Assembly (NCBI GenBank): GCA_026415395.1 | Contig: JAOAHD010000003.1 | Coordinates: 57,227-121,226 of the forward strand | Source of the DNA: Candidatus Binatia bacterium | Lineage (GTDB): Bacteria > Desulfobacterota > Binatia > HRBIN30 | DNA length: 64,000 bases | Direction: 5' to 3' | Shown here: piece after piece, positions 37,950 through 47,309 of the stretch | How the letters are laid out: the number at the start of each line of letters is the position of its first letter | How positions within the stretch are numbered: the stretch's first letter is position 1 | Notes under the pieces: generated by a model | The model's input: only the letters and a program-made list of their open reading frames with translations | The model's database searches: none | What the model was told of the DNA's origin: nothing | Translations under genes and position numbers: made by a program

Positions 37950-39437
37950 GTGCGAGAGACGGTGGTGCAGCAGTTCCAGCCGGTCACAGCGGACTCCGTT
38001 TTGGTTGGTGGCCAGTGGGTGAAGGCAGAGCGGGGCACGTACCCGATCATCGACCCGGCTACGGAAGCTGTGGTTGGGTATGCTCCCCACGCGAGCTTAG
38101 ATCAGGTACGGGAGGCAGTAGCCGCAGCGCGTCGCGCATTCGACGTTGGGCCGTGGCCACGCTTCTCTCCGGCTGAGCGGGCGCGACTTCTGCGCCGGGC
38201 GGCGGATGCACTCCGGAAACGTAGCGAGGATTTGGTAGAACTGGTCGTTGCGGAGACCGGGGCGTTGCGCGCTGTCGCTGTTGCCCAGCAAGTTGGTGCC
38301 GCGGTGGCACGGCTTGAGCGTTATGCGGAGTTAGCCGAGGACCCTGGGGAGACCCCGTTTGCTCCCCGTAGTGTCCCCTTGCGAGGTGAAGAAAGGCTTG
38401 TGGCTGGCATCGCTGTGCGTGAGCCGGTGGGCGTGGTCGCAGCCATCACGCCGTTCAATTTCCCCATGACCAATTGCGCGGGAAAGATCGGCCCTGCCCT
38501 AGCCTGTGGAAACACGGTGGTGGTCAAACCCGCACCACAAGACCCGTTAGCCGTGGTCGAGATGTGCCGTGTGGTGGCGCAAGAACTCCCCGAGGGTGTG
38601 CTGAACTTTGTTTGTGGGCCTGAGGCGGACATCGGCCAGGCACTCTGTGCTGACCCCGACGTAGACATGATTTCTTTTACCGGCAGCTCCGCGGTGGGGC
38701 GGGCGATCCAGGCTACGGCAGGGCCACAGATGAAGCGGGTGCTCCTCGAACTTGGCGGAAAATCAGCGTGTATCGTATTTGCCGATGCTGATCTCGAGGC
38801 AGCCCTTGGCGGGGCAATGCAGACCTGGACGTTTCACGCTGGCCAAATTTGTATTGCGGGAACGCGTCTGTTGATTGAACGACCGATTTACGAACAGTTC
38901 GTCACTCGACTGGTCGGTGCCGCGCGGAAGCTGACCATTGGAGATCCGCGGGATCCTGCTACCGTCGTGGGGCCACTGATCTCCGCTGCCCAACGAGATC
39001 GTGTGGAACAGTGGATCGCTACTGGCTTGCGCGAAGGGGCTCGGTTGGCCTGTGGGGGACAGCGGCCAGCGCATAGAACAAGAGGGTTTTTCATCGAGCC
39101 GACTCTGCTGGTCGACGTCCGCAACGAGATGTCGGTGGCGCGGGAGGAAATTTTCGGCCCGGTGTTGGTCGCGATTCCATTCGCAGGAGAGGAAGAAGCA
39201 GTCCACATCGCCAACGACTCACCATACGGCCTCTACGGCTATGTGTGGAGCGGAAATCTGCGCCGGGCGTTGCGAGTCGCCCGCGCCCTCCGCACAGGCA
39301 CGGTGCAGATCAACGGTGCGCCACCGAACCCGGAGGCACCCTTCGGCGGATTTAAGCAAAGTGGCATCGGCCGCGACGGCGGCCGGTACGCGCTGAGTGC
39401 GTACTCCGAACTCAAATTCATCGGTTGGACCATGTGA
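37950..39437 (+). CDS. Aldehyde dehydrogenase (NAD(P)+)
   Basis: REPVGVVAAITPFNFP, GNTVVVKPA, ELGGKSA, catalytic GQICIAGTR, EEIFGPV. Confidence 0.9.
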   Translation: MRETVVQQFQPVTADSVLVGGQWVKAERGTYPIIDPATEAVVGYAPHASLDQVREAVAAARRAFDVGPWPRFSPAERARLLRRAADALRKRSEDLVELVVAETGALRAVAVAQQVGAAVARLERYAELAEDPGETPFAPRSVPLRGEERLVAGIAVREPVGVVAAITPFNFPMTNCAGKIGPALACGNTVVVKPAPQDPLAVVEMCRVVAQELPEGVLNFVCGPEADIGQALCADPDVDMISFTGSSAVGRAIQATAGPQMKRVLLELGGKSACIVFADADLEAALGGAMQTWTFHAGQICIAGTRLLIERPIYEQFVTRLVGAARKLTIGDPRDPATVVGPLISAAQRDRVEQWIATGLREGARLACGGQRPAHRTRGFFIEPTLLVDVRNEMSVAREEIFGPVLVAIPFAGEEEAVHIANDSPYGLYGYVWSGNLRRALRVARALRTGTVQINGAPPNPEAPFGGFKQSGIGRDGGRYALSAYSELKFIGWTM

Positions 39438-39447
39438 GCGCCTCATC

Positions 39448-40536
39448 ATGATCCGCGTTCGCGCAGCAGTTCTCGACAAGCCGGGAGGGGACGTGAGCAT
39501 CCGTGAGGTTGAGGTGCGTGATCCGGGTCCGGGTGAAGTGCGCGTGCGCATCCGTGCGGCTGGGCTTTGCCACTCTGACCTCAGTGTGATCGACGGTACA
39601 ATCCCTTATCCAACCCCCGTGGTTTTGGGGCACGAAGGCGCGGGCGTAGTCGAAGCGGTGGGCGTAGGAGTACGGAGCGTTCGGGAAGGCGACCATATCA
39701 TTGTTTCCACGCTGGCACACTGTGGCCGTTGCGTGGCTTGCGAATCCGGCCGGCCCACGCAGTGCCGCCACGCGCCAAGCCCGAAAGAAAGCCGGCCGTT
39801 CCTTTGCGATGGAGATGCGATTTACCAGTTCGCAAATGCCTCGGTATTTGCCGAGGCGACGTTGATCCGAGAGGAAAGCGCCATTCCGATCGATGCGCGG
39901 GTACCGTTTGACCGAGCTTGCCTGATTGGCTGCGGTATTGTCACCGGTTATGGCGCTGTCGTGAATCGGGCGAAGGTGGAAACCGGGGCCACGATGGCGG
40001 TGTTTGGCGCGGGTGGAATTGGTCTGAACTGCATTCAAGGGGGTGTGCTTGCCGGTGCGAGCATCATTGTCGCGGTCGATGTTGTCGAACAGAAGCTGGC
40101 ATGGGCAAGCGAGTTCGGCGCCACCCACGTGGTCGATGCGCGTCGAGAAGATCCAGTGGAGGCAATCCGCGCGCTTTGTGGGGGAGTCGATTATGCCTTC
40201 GAGGCCGTGGGCTCGTTGCCAGTGATCCGGCAGGCGCTCGACTCGCTCGCACCAGGGGGAACCCTCACCATCGTTGGTGTTCCACCGGTGGGCAGCCAAT
40301 TCTCGTTCGTCGTGCACCAGCTTTACCAAAACAAGGCCATCTTGGGTTGCCGTTATGGTGCCGCTCGCCCTCGGGTCGATTTTCCCTTGCTAGCCAACCT
40401 CTACTTGAGTGGCCGCCTCAAGATCGACGAGCTCGTCACACGCGAGTACCGGTTGGAAGACTTTCACCAAGCACTTGCTGACTTGAAGGTTGGTGCGCTG
40501 GCTCGCGGCGTGTTTCGTTTCGACGAAAAGGCCTGA
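39448..40536 (+). CDS. Zn-dependent alcohol dehydrogenase (MDR family, class III-like)
   Basis: GLCHSDL, GHEGAGVVEAVG, the structural-zinc CGRCVACESGRPTQC, GAGGIGL Rossmann motif. ATG at 39448. Confidence 0.85.
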   Translation: MIRVRAAVLDKPGGDVSIREVEVRDPGPGEVRVRIRAAGLCHSDLSVIDGTIPYPTPVVLGHEGAGVVEAVGVGVRSVREGDHIIVSTLAHCGRCVACESGRPTQCRHAPSPKESRPFLCDGDAIYQFANASVFAEATLIREESAIPIDARVPFDRACLIGCGIVTGYGAVVNRAKVETGATMAVFGAGGIGLNCIQGGVLAGASIIVAVDVVEQKLAWASEFGATHVVDARREDPVEAIRALCGGVDYAFEAVGSLPVIRQALDSLAPGGTLTIVGVPPVGSQFSFVVHQLYQNKAILGCRYGAARPRVDFPLLANLYLSGRLKIDELVTREYRLEDFHQALADLKVGALARGVFRFDEKA

Positions 40537-40570
40537 AAGGATCAACCCAAAGGGGAAAAGGGAGGAGAAT

Positions 40571-41641
40571 ATGGGTCGATACGGATACTATGTGATCGAT
40601 GCTGATGGTCACGGCGGTGACTTACCGAATTGGTGGGAGCGCTTGCCGACGCAGTTTCGCGATAAGTGGGAAGAGCGGCGCGAGCGACTTCGGAAGCACT
40701 TTGCCAACCTCCCCGGAGTCGGTGTGCGGGCAACGCGGGGAACCGCCAAGGTTGACAGTCTTGAGCGCGCAGGCATGACCGATCCGAAGGCTCGTCTCGA
40801 AGATATGGATTTGGAAGGTATCGACCGCACCGTGATGTTCCCGGGTGGTGCTGGAGAGGAGTGGGCCGGACTCGATCGCGATTTCGCGATCGCCGTGTGT
40901 CAAACTCTAAACGATGCGCGCGCCGAGTTCCTGAAATACAACCCAGAGCGGTTGATGTCGGTGGCGAAGCTCCCAATGATCGATCCCGAGGCTGCTGCCG
41001 CAGAGCTCCGCCGCTGTGTCACGCAGCACGGCATGGTGGGCATGGTGACCCCTCAGCACATCCGCGACAAGAACCTCGACCATCCGAGCTTTTACCCCAT
41101 TTGGGCCGAGGCTGAGCGGCTTGGAGTGGCGGTGTGTGTCCATGGGGGAGGCCAAGCCCTGGATCAAATCCCGATTGGGGTCGATCGGTTCTCGACCCGA
41201 CTGGAAACTCACGCGTTCACGCACCCAGTGGGGCAAATGTTGGCGGTGATGAACTTCACCGTTGGCGGCATCTTGCACAAGTTTCCCAACTTGAGGGTAG
41301 CCTTCCTCGAGGCGAACGTTGGTTGGCTGCCGTTTTGGCTCGAACGGCTCGATGAACATTGGGAACTTACCCCGGAGCAGGCGCCGCTCATTGACCGCAA
41401 ACCGAGCGAGTACTTCTTGTCGGGCCGCTGCTTCATCGGGTGTGACCCTGACGAGTCCACGATCCCGGCGGTGGTGAATGCTTTAGGGGAGGACGTTATC
41501 GTGTACGCCTCCGATTATTGCCACTGGGATTGCCGCTTCCCCGACACGGTAAAGATCATCGCAGAACGCAACGACTTGTCGCGCTCAGCGAAGGAGAAAA
41601 TTCTGTCAAAGAATCCAGCCCGTCTGTACAACTTGAATTGA
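40571..41641 (+). CDS. Amidohydrolase-2 (ACMSD-like metal-dependent hydrolase/decarboxylase) family
   Basis: YVIDADGHGGD start motif, HAFTHP, ASDYCHWD. GGAGGAG RBS before the ATG at 40571. Paralogue of 55139-56218. Confidence 0.8.
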   Translation: MGRYGYYVIDADGHGGDLPNWWERLPTQFRDKWEERRERLRKHFANLPGVGVRATRGTAKVDSLERAGMTDPKARLEDMDLEGIDRTVMFPGGAGEEWAGLDRDFAIAVCQTLNDARAEFLKYNPERLMSVAKLPMIDPEAAAAELRRCVTQHGMVGMVTPQHIRDKNLDHPSFYPIWAEAERLGVAVCVHGGGQALDQIPIGVDRFSTRLETHAFTHPVGQMLAVMNFTVGGILHKFPNLRVAFLEANVGWLPFWLERLDEHWELTPEQAPLIDRKPSEYFLSGRCFIGCDPDESTIPAVVNALGEDVIVYASDYCHWDCRFPDTVKIIAERNDLSRSAKEKILSKNPARLYNLN

Positions 41642-41654
41642 GCAACGGCTTCCG

Positions 41655-42287
41655 ATGTTACCGCCTCTGTCGACTTTGCTCGAGCCAGCACGCAGCGCTG
41701 TACTGGTGATGGAGTGCCAGCGCGGAATCCTCGAACCCGAGGAAGGCCGCTTTCGTCAGTTGGCTGAGTTGGTGGAACGGAACGGTACGGTGCCAGCAAT
41801 CCGCCGTTTAGTGGAAGCTGCGCGCCGAGCTCGGGTGCCTGTAGTTTTTTTGACCGCTTCGCGACGCAGCGACGGAGCTGGCTCAGCGCGTAACTGCCCT
41901 CTTCTAGCGGCAGGGGCGCAGACTGCCCCGATGATTCCGGGAAGCACTCGTCACGCAATGGTGGCTGAGCTCGAACCGAAAAGTGACGACTTCATTGTCA
42001 ATCGGATGCATGGAGTCTCGCCGTTTCACGGAACAGAATTGGATCCACTTCTGCGGAACCTCGGGGTGACCACCGTCGTTGCCACAGGAGTGTCGGTTAA
42101 CGTGGGCATCCTCGGCTTGGTGATGGAAGCCGTCAATCATGGGTACTACGTTGTTGTGCCCAGAGAAGCAGTCGCTGGAGTGCCCGAAAGTTACGTAGAG
42201 CAAGTATTTCAGTACACGTTACGCCTCCTCGCAACGGTGACGAAGGTCGACGAGGTCGTCCGACTGTGGGAGCAATCGACGGTGTGA
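41655..42287 (+). CDS. Isochorismatase-like hydrolase-fold protein (catalytic Asp/Cys positions apparently substituted)
   Basis: SPFHGTELDPLLRNLGVTTVVATGVSVNVGILGLVMEAVNHGY matches the isochorismatase fold. VMECQ sits where D-x-Q is expected, and NVGI where N-x-C-V is expected. Confidence 0.7.
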   Translation: MLPPLSTLLEPARSAVLVMECQRGILEPEEGRFRQLAELVERNGTVPAIRRLVEAARRARVPVVFLTASRRSDGAGSARNCPLLAAGAQTAPMIPGSTRHAMVAELEPKSDDFIVNRMHGVSPFHGTELDPLLRNLGVTTVVATGVSVNVGILGLVMEAVNHGYYVVVPREAVAGVPESYVEQVFQYTLRLLATVTKVDEVVRLWEQSTV

Positions 42288-42288
42288 G

Positions 42289-43059
42289 GTGATGGAGGGA
42301 TTGCGGCGATTCGCGAACAAAGTTGCCTTTGTCACCGGAGCCGCCTCGGGTATCGGCCGCGCAATTGCTGAACGCTTGGCCGCGGAAGGTGCGGCAGTGG
42401 TCATGACGGATGTTGCCAGCGACGGTTTGGCCCAAGCGGAGGACGCAATTCACAAATGCGGTGGGCAAGCATTCGCCGTTCCCTGCGATGTGACGGACGA
42501 GCGGTCCGTACAACAGGCAGTCACTGCGGCGGTGGATCGGTTCTCGGGGATCGATGTGTTGGTGAATGCCGCGGGGATTGGCCGGGCTGTTCGATTCGAA
42601 GACCTGGCTGTCGAAGAATGGGAGCGGATCTTGCGCGTGAACTTGTCTGGGCCCTTTCTGGTGATTCGTTCTGCCCTGCCCTTTCTCCTTGGGCGCAACG
42701 GTGCCAACATCGTGAACATCTCTTCGATTGCCGGGTTACGGGGACAAGCGTACAACGCCGCGTACTGTGCATCGAAGGCTGGTTTGCTGAATTTCACCCG
42801 CGCTCTAGCCCTGGAGTTCGCAACAAGGGGATTGCGTGCCAATTGTGTCTGCCCGGGCGGTGTGAAGACTCCATTGGTGAAAAACTTCGTACCGGACGGA
42901 ACGATGGAGGCCCACCTGATTGCCTATGCCATGCCGCCGATTCCAGGGGCCTGGGGTAAGCCCGGGGACATCGCCGCCGCGGTGGCGTTTTTGGCGAGCG
43001 ACGAAGCACGAATGATCAACGGAGCTGCACTTGTTGTGGACTTCGGCGTGCTGGCTTGA
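42289..43059 (+). CDS. SDR family oxidoreductase
   Basis: TGAASGIGRA, NAAG, the catalytic YCASKAG, and PGGVKT. Confidence 0.9.
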   Translation: MMEGLRRFANKVAFVTGAASGIGRAIAERLAAEGAAVVMTDVASDGLAQAEDAIHKCGGQAFAVPCDVTDERSVQQAVTAAVDRFSGIDVLVNAAGIGRAVRFEDLAVEEWERILRVNLSGPFLVIRSALPFLLGRNGANIVNISSIAGLRGQAYNAAYCASKAGLLNFTRALALEFATRGLRANCVCPGGVKTPLVKNFVPDGTMEAHLIAYAMPPIPGAWGKPGDIAAAVAFLASDEARMINGAALVVDFGVLA

Positions 43060-43062
43060 GGA

Positions 43063-44583
43063 GTGATGGGAGTAGAGCTGATCACGGAATTGATTGCACG
43101 GCGTGCTCGCGAGCAAGGGGCACAGACGTTTATTTACCACGAGGGGCAGCGTTGCTCGTATGCTGAGTTCCACGCTTTGACGAACCGCTTCGCAAACGCG
43201 TTGCTCGCGTTGGGTATCGACAAGGGAGACCGAGTCACCCTGGCCATGGGTAATTCAGTGGAGTACCTCGTGGCCGCGTTTGGGATTTTGAAAGCTGGTG
43301 CCGTGCTCCACCCGGTCAACCCAGCGCTCGGGAGCCGTGAGCTCTCCTACTTATTGCAGCATGCCGAGCCGAAACTGGTGGTGACGAATTCCGAAACTGT
43401 GGAGAAAATCCCGCGAGGGGAATTGCAAGTGCCAGCAGGATTGCGTTGGGTGAGCTTTGGCGGCGGTCCAGATGTGCTCGCACTCGACCGCTTGCTCGCC
43501 GAGGCCTCTGGAGAGACTGTTCCTGTAGAACTTTTGCCCGATGATTCTTCTACCTTGTTGTATACATCCGGCACCACGGGTCACCCGAAGGGTGTGCTTT
43601 TTCGCCACAGCAGCACCGGAGCAGCCGGCCAGCATTTCGTTCATGTTCTCGGCATTCAGCGCGATGACACGGTGCTCGCTGTAACTCCTCTGTTTCACGG
43701 GAACGCCTGGGGCGCGGTGGTGACCGCTTTGCAGGCGGGCGCGGCTGTAGCGTTTCCGAAGATGTTTTCGGCCTCGCAGTTTTGGCCGCTCGTCCACGAG
43801 GTGGGGGCTACCGTCCTTTATACGCTCGGCACGATCTTGGCCATTTTGCTCGCTCAACCGTCAAGCGAGTTGGAGCGCACAAGCCGGCTGCGGGTGATCT
43901 TAGGCCTAGGTAGTGCCCCTTTGCGCGAGCAGATTCGACTGCGCTTTGGCGTAACCCAAGTGGTGGAGTGCTTTGGATCGACGGACGCCGGCGTGGTGAC
44001 CATTGAGCCTCCTGGCTCCTCGCCGCGCCCTGGCTCGTGTGGGCCGCCTGTGCCGGGCGTCCAAATCCGCATCGTGGACGACGAGGGTCGAGAGTTATCC
44101 CCACGCCAGACGGGGGAAATTGTTGTGCGTTCGCCGCACTGTCTTGCAGAGTATTTCCGGGATCCCGAGCAAACTCGCGCCGCGCTGCGCGACGGTTGGT
44201 TTTTCACTGGCGACTTGGGATATTTGGACGAAGATGGGTGGCTCTACTTTGTGGATCGCAAGCGCGACGTCATTCGCCGTGGCGGCGAAAACGTCTCCAG
44301 CGCTTACGTTGAGAAGATCCTACGCGAGCACCCAGCAGTGGCCGAAGTAGCCGTAATCGGCGTGCCGGACCCAGTGCTAGGCCAGGAAATCAAGGCTTTT
44401 GTGGTGCCTTCTCGGGAAGTGACCGAAGAAGAACTCCGCGTCTTCGCTGCAGCCCGGTTGGCGAAGTTCCAGGTGCCGAAGTACTGGGAGTTTCGCACAT
44501 CCTTGCCGAAAACGCCGACGCAGAGAATCGAAAAGTATAAACTGCGCGCCGAAAGTGGTCCTGGGGGACCGCTGATTGGTTGA
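43063..44583 (+). CDS. Acyl-CoA synthetase (ANL / AMP-dependent ligase)
   Basis: YTSGTTGHPKGV, FTGDLGYLDEDGWLYFVDRKRD, PKTPTQRIEK. Confidence 0.85.
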   Translation: MMGVELITELIARRAREQGAQTFIYHEGQRCSYAEFHALTNRFANALLALGIDKGDRVTLAMGNSVEYLVAAFGILKAGAVLHPVNPALGSRELSYLLQHAEPKLVVTNSETVEKIPRGELQVPAGLRWVSFGGGPDVLALDRLLAEASGETVPVELLPDDSSTLLYTSGTTGHPKGVLFRHSSTGAAGQHFVHVLGIQRDDTVLAVTPLFHGNAWGAVVTALQAGAAVAFPKMFSASQFWPLVHEVGATVLYTLGTILAILLAQPSSELERTSRLRVILGLGSAPLREQIRLRFGVTQVVECFGSTDAGVVTIEPPGSSPRPGSCGPPVPGVQIRIVDDEGRELSPRQTGEIVVRSPHCLAEYFRDPEQTRAALRDGWFFTGDLGYLDEDGWLYFVDRKRDVIRRGGENVSSAYVEKILREHPAVAEVAVIGVPDPVLGQEIKAFVVPSREVTEEELRVFAAARLAKFQVPKYWEFRTSLPKTPTQRIEKYKLRAESGPGGPLIG

Positions 44584-44646
44584 GGGCTAGAGGGTGCTTG
44601 TGTTCTGTTCCGTTCCGTGGCGGAACACTGCGATCAGGAGGAACCG

Positions 44647-46296
44647 ATGGGCTTTACCCTGCCTGAGATTCACGACGGGATTGCGGCGCGGGTGCCGGAT
44701 CGTGAGGCGATCGTAACTGCCGAGCGGCGTTTGCTCTGGTCGGAATTTACCCGCCGCTCGCGACAACTCGCCTGGGTCTTTCACCAGGCAGGTCTGGGCT
44801 GCCATCGGCCAAGGGCGGAGCTCGCTCCCTGGGAGTCCGGGCAGGATCACGTAGGAATTTACCTGTACAATTGCCCCGAGTATCTCGAAACCATGGCCGC
44901 CGCCTTTCGCGCTCGTGTTGCTCCGTTCAACGTGAATTACCGTTACGTCGACCAGGAGCTACTCCATCTCTTTCGCGACGCACACGCGCGCGCCATCGTG
45001 TACCATGCAGCGTTCGCGCCCCGACTGGCTCGTCTGCTTCCTCACTTGCCCGAAGTGCGGCTTTTGCTCCAAGTGAATGATGGCAGTGGCGAACCCTTGT
45101 TGCCAGGCGCGCGCGATTACGAAGATGCGTTGGAGGCGGCGCCCGATGATCCCCTCCCTCTCCAGCCGCATCCCGATGACCTTTACATCGTCTACACCGG
45201 CGGTACGACGGGTGCGCCAAAAGGGGTACTGTGGCGGCAAGAAGATATTTTCTTTGCAGCACTGGGTGGACGAATTCCGGGCGGAACGCCGGTGACGTCG
45301 CTTGAGGAGCTCTTCGAGCGCGTTCCTTACGGGGCGTTTATGCGCATGTTGCCTGCACCACCCTTCATGCACGGTGCCGGGCATTGGACGGCGTTTATGA
45401 TCCTTCATCAAGGAGGAACGGTGGTGTTGCCGAAAGAGGTCAGGCACCTGGACCCGGACGATATCTGGCAGACAGTGGAGCGAGAGCAGGTCTTCTCGCT
45501 TTCGATCGTTGGCGACGCCTTTGCAATTCCGTTGTTGGATCAGTTGCAGCGCAAGGACTACAATTTGTCATCGCTCCGCGTCATCGGTTCTGGGGGCGCC
45601 TTGCTCTCTCCTTCCGTCAAGGCGGCGCTGTTGGAACGGTTACCTGATGTCACCGTAGTGGATGGCTTTGGCTCGTCAGAAACCGGAGCTCAAGGTGCAG
45701 CAGCGGCAGCGAGCGCGAGCGATGTCGGAGCGCGGTTCCGGATGGATCCGGACACGGTGCTGCTCGATGAGCTGCGCCAGCGTGTGCTTCAGCCGAACGA
45801 ACGGGAAGTAGGGTGGATTGCACGACGAGGGTATGTGCCGTTGGGTTACCTTGGCGATCGCGAGAAGACCGAACGAACCTTCGTCACCATTGAGGGAGTT
45901 CGGTACGCCGTTCCGGGCGACCGGGCTCGCTACGAGGAGGATGGTTCGATCGTCGTCCTTGGGCGGGACTCAGTGTGTATCAACACCGGTGGTGAGAAGG
46001 TGTACGCGGAAGAAGTGGAACAAGTACTGAAACGCCACCCTAGTGTCTACGACGTGGTGGTGGTGGGAACCCCGAGTGAACGTTGGGGACAGCAGGTCAC
46101 GGCCGTGGTCGGGTTGCGGCCTGGGATGCAAGCGACTGCGGAGGAGCTGCGCGAATTTGCCGCGAAGGATTTGGCTAGATACAAACTGCCGCGTGCTGTG
46201 GTTTTTGTAGAAACCGTCGTCCGCAGTCCGACTGGCAAGCCAGATTACCGGTGGGCTCGCGAGGTGGCCATACAGCGGCTGGGTTCACAGGATTGA
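44647..46296 (+). CDS. Acyl-CoA synthetase (ANL), paralogue of 31132-32799
   Basis: YTGGTTGAPKGV, NTGGEKVY, SPTGKPDY. Long collinear blocks are shared with 31132-32799 (WESGQDH..YLYN..EYLE, NVNYRYV, IVYHA.FAPR). ATG at 44647 after a CAGGAGGA RBS. Confidence 0.85.
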   Translation: MGFTLPEIHDGIAARVPDREAIVTAERRLLWSEFTRRSRQLAWVFHQAGLGCHRPRAELAPWESGQDHVGIYLYNCPEYLETMAAAFRARVAPFNVNYRYVDQELLHLFRDAHARAIVYHAAFAPRLARLLPHLPEVRLLLQVNDGSGEPLLPGARDYEDALEAAPDDPLPLQPHPDDLYIVYTGGTTGAPKGVLWRQEDIFFAALGGRIPGGTPVTSLEELFERVPYGAFMRMLPAPPFMHGAGHWTAFMILHQGGTVVLPKEVRHLDPDDIWQTVEREQVFSLSIVGDAFAIPLLDQLQRKDYNLSSLRVIGSGGALLSPSVKAALLERLPDVTVVDGFGSSETGAQGAAAAASASDVGARFRMDPDTVLLDELRQRVLQPNEREVGWIARRGYVPLGYLGDREKTERTFVTIEGVRYAVPGDRARYEEDGSIVVLGRDSVCINTGGEKVYAEEVEQVLKRHPSVYDVVVVGTPSERWGQQVTAVVGLRPGMQATAEELREFAAKDLARYKLPRAVVFVETVVRSPTGKPDYRWAREVAIQRLGSQD

Positions 46297-46344
46297 TTCT
46301 CGCGGTGTTCGCAAAGGACTCCAACCCTGCTCGACGAAAGGGCG

Positions 46345-46374
46345 TTGACCGTTCGGGAGGACTACGCCTATAAG
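46345..46374 (+). promoter_or_regulatory. Candidate sigma70-type promoter about 200 nt upstream of the OmpA-family gene
   Basis: TTGACC (46345-46350), an 18-nt spacer, then TATAAG (46369-46374). Confidence 0.3.
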
Positions 46375-46580
46375 TTCAGCGAGCGCCCCGCAACTTAAAG
46401 TGTCGGCAGAGGTGCGGATGCCCGTAGATCGGCGGCGTCAACTCCCTTTGGTCAGCGCTTCGACGCCGGACTCGTCACTCGTCAGAGTAGCAGCCGATCG
46501 CGCCTGCGGTTCGTTACTCCCGTCTTGCTCTGGACGGTTCATGCTGCGTTAATGCGAAAGTGAACAATTATGGAGGAGTC

Positions 46581-47297
46581 ATGACGAGGATGTCGATACT
46601 GATGAGGAAGTTTCTCGCTGGCGCGGTTGCGGTCGTGTTCGTGCTTGGCGGGTGCGCGGCGTACGAAAGGGCACCGCGTACTGTTAAGGGTGCAGGAATC
46701 GGCGCGGCGGCTGGTGCAGCAACGGGGGCCGCGGTTGGAGCGATTGTTGGCGGCGGCAAAGGTGCAGGACAAGGTGCCGCCATCGGAGCCGTTTTAGGAG
46801 CAATCGGTGGTGGTTTGATCGGGAACTACCTGGATCAACAAGCGAAGGAGATGCAGGCCATTCTCGCCGAGCAGGACCGGCTACGACGTGAGCAAGAGCG
46901 CCTCGATGTTGCCCTCTCGACCGACATTTTGTTCGCCTCGGGCAGCGCAACGTTGCAACCAGGCGCGCGGGACAAAATTCGCCAGCTTGCGGCTGTGCTC
47001 AATCGCTACCCCCGCACGTACATCCAGGTGATTGGGCACACCGATAGCCGTGGTTCCGAGGAGTCCAATCTCGAACTTTCGCGGCGCCGTGCTCAGGCTG
47101 TAGCTGAGGAATTGGTCTCGGCGGGCGTTTCCGCTTCGCGGATTACCACGTTCGGCCGGGGTGCCTCGAGTCCCGTGGCAACGAACGATACCCCTGAGGG
47201 GCGGGCGATGAACCGCCGCGTGGAAATTGTCATTCAACCTGATGAGGGGCTTCGTCGCGAGCATGAGCAAGGCGGAGCGTACGAAGATCCTCGCTAA
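46581..47297 (+). CDS. OmpA-family peptidoglycan-binding lipoprotein with a glycine-zipper N-domain
   Basis: Lipobox VLGGC; GAGIGAAAGAATGAAVGAIVGGG...GAVLGAIGGGLIG; OmpA_C motif TDILFASGSATL...IGHTDSRGSEESNLELSRRRA. GGAGGA RBS. Confidence 0.85.
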   Translation: MTRMSILMRKFLAGAVAVVFVLGGCAAYERAPRTVKGAGIGAAAGAATGAAVGAIVGGGKGAGQGAAIGAVLGAIGGGLIGNYLDQQAKEMQAILAEQDRLRREQERLDVALSTDILFASGSATLQPGARDKIRQLAAVLNRYPRTYIQVIGHTDSRGSEESNLELSRRRAQAVAEELVSAGVSASRITTFGRGASSPVATNDTPEGRAMNRRVEIVIQPDEGLRREHEQGGAYEDPR

Positions 47298-47309
47298 AAA
47301 TAAATACCC

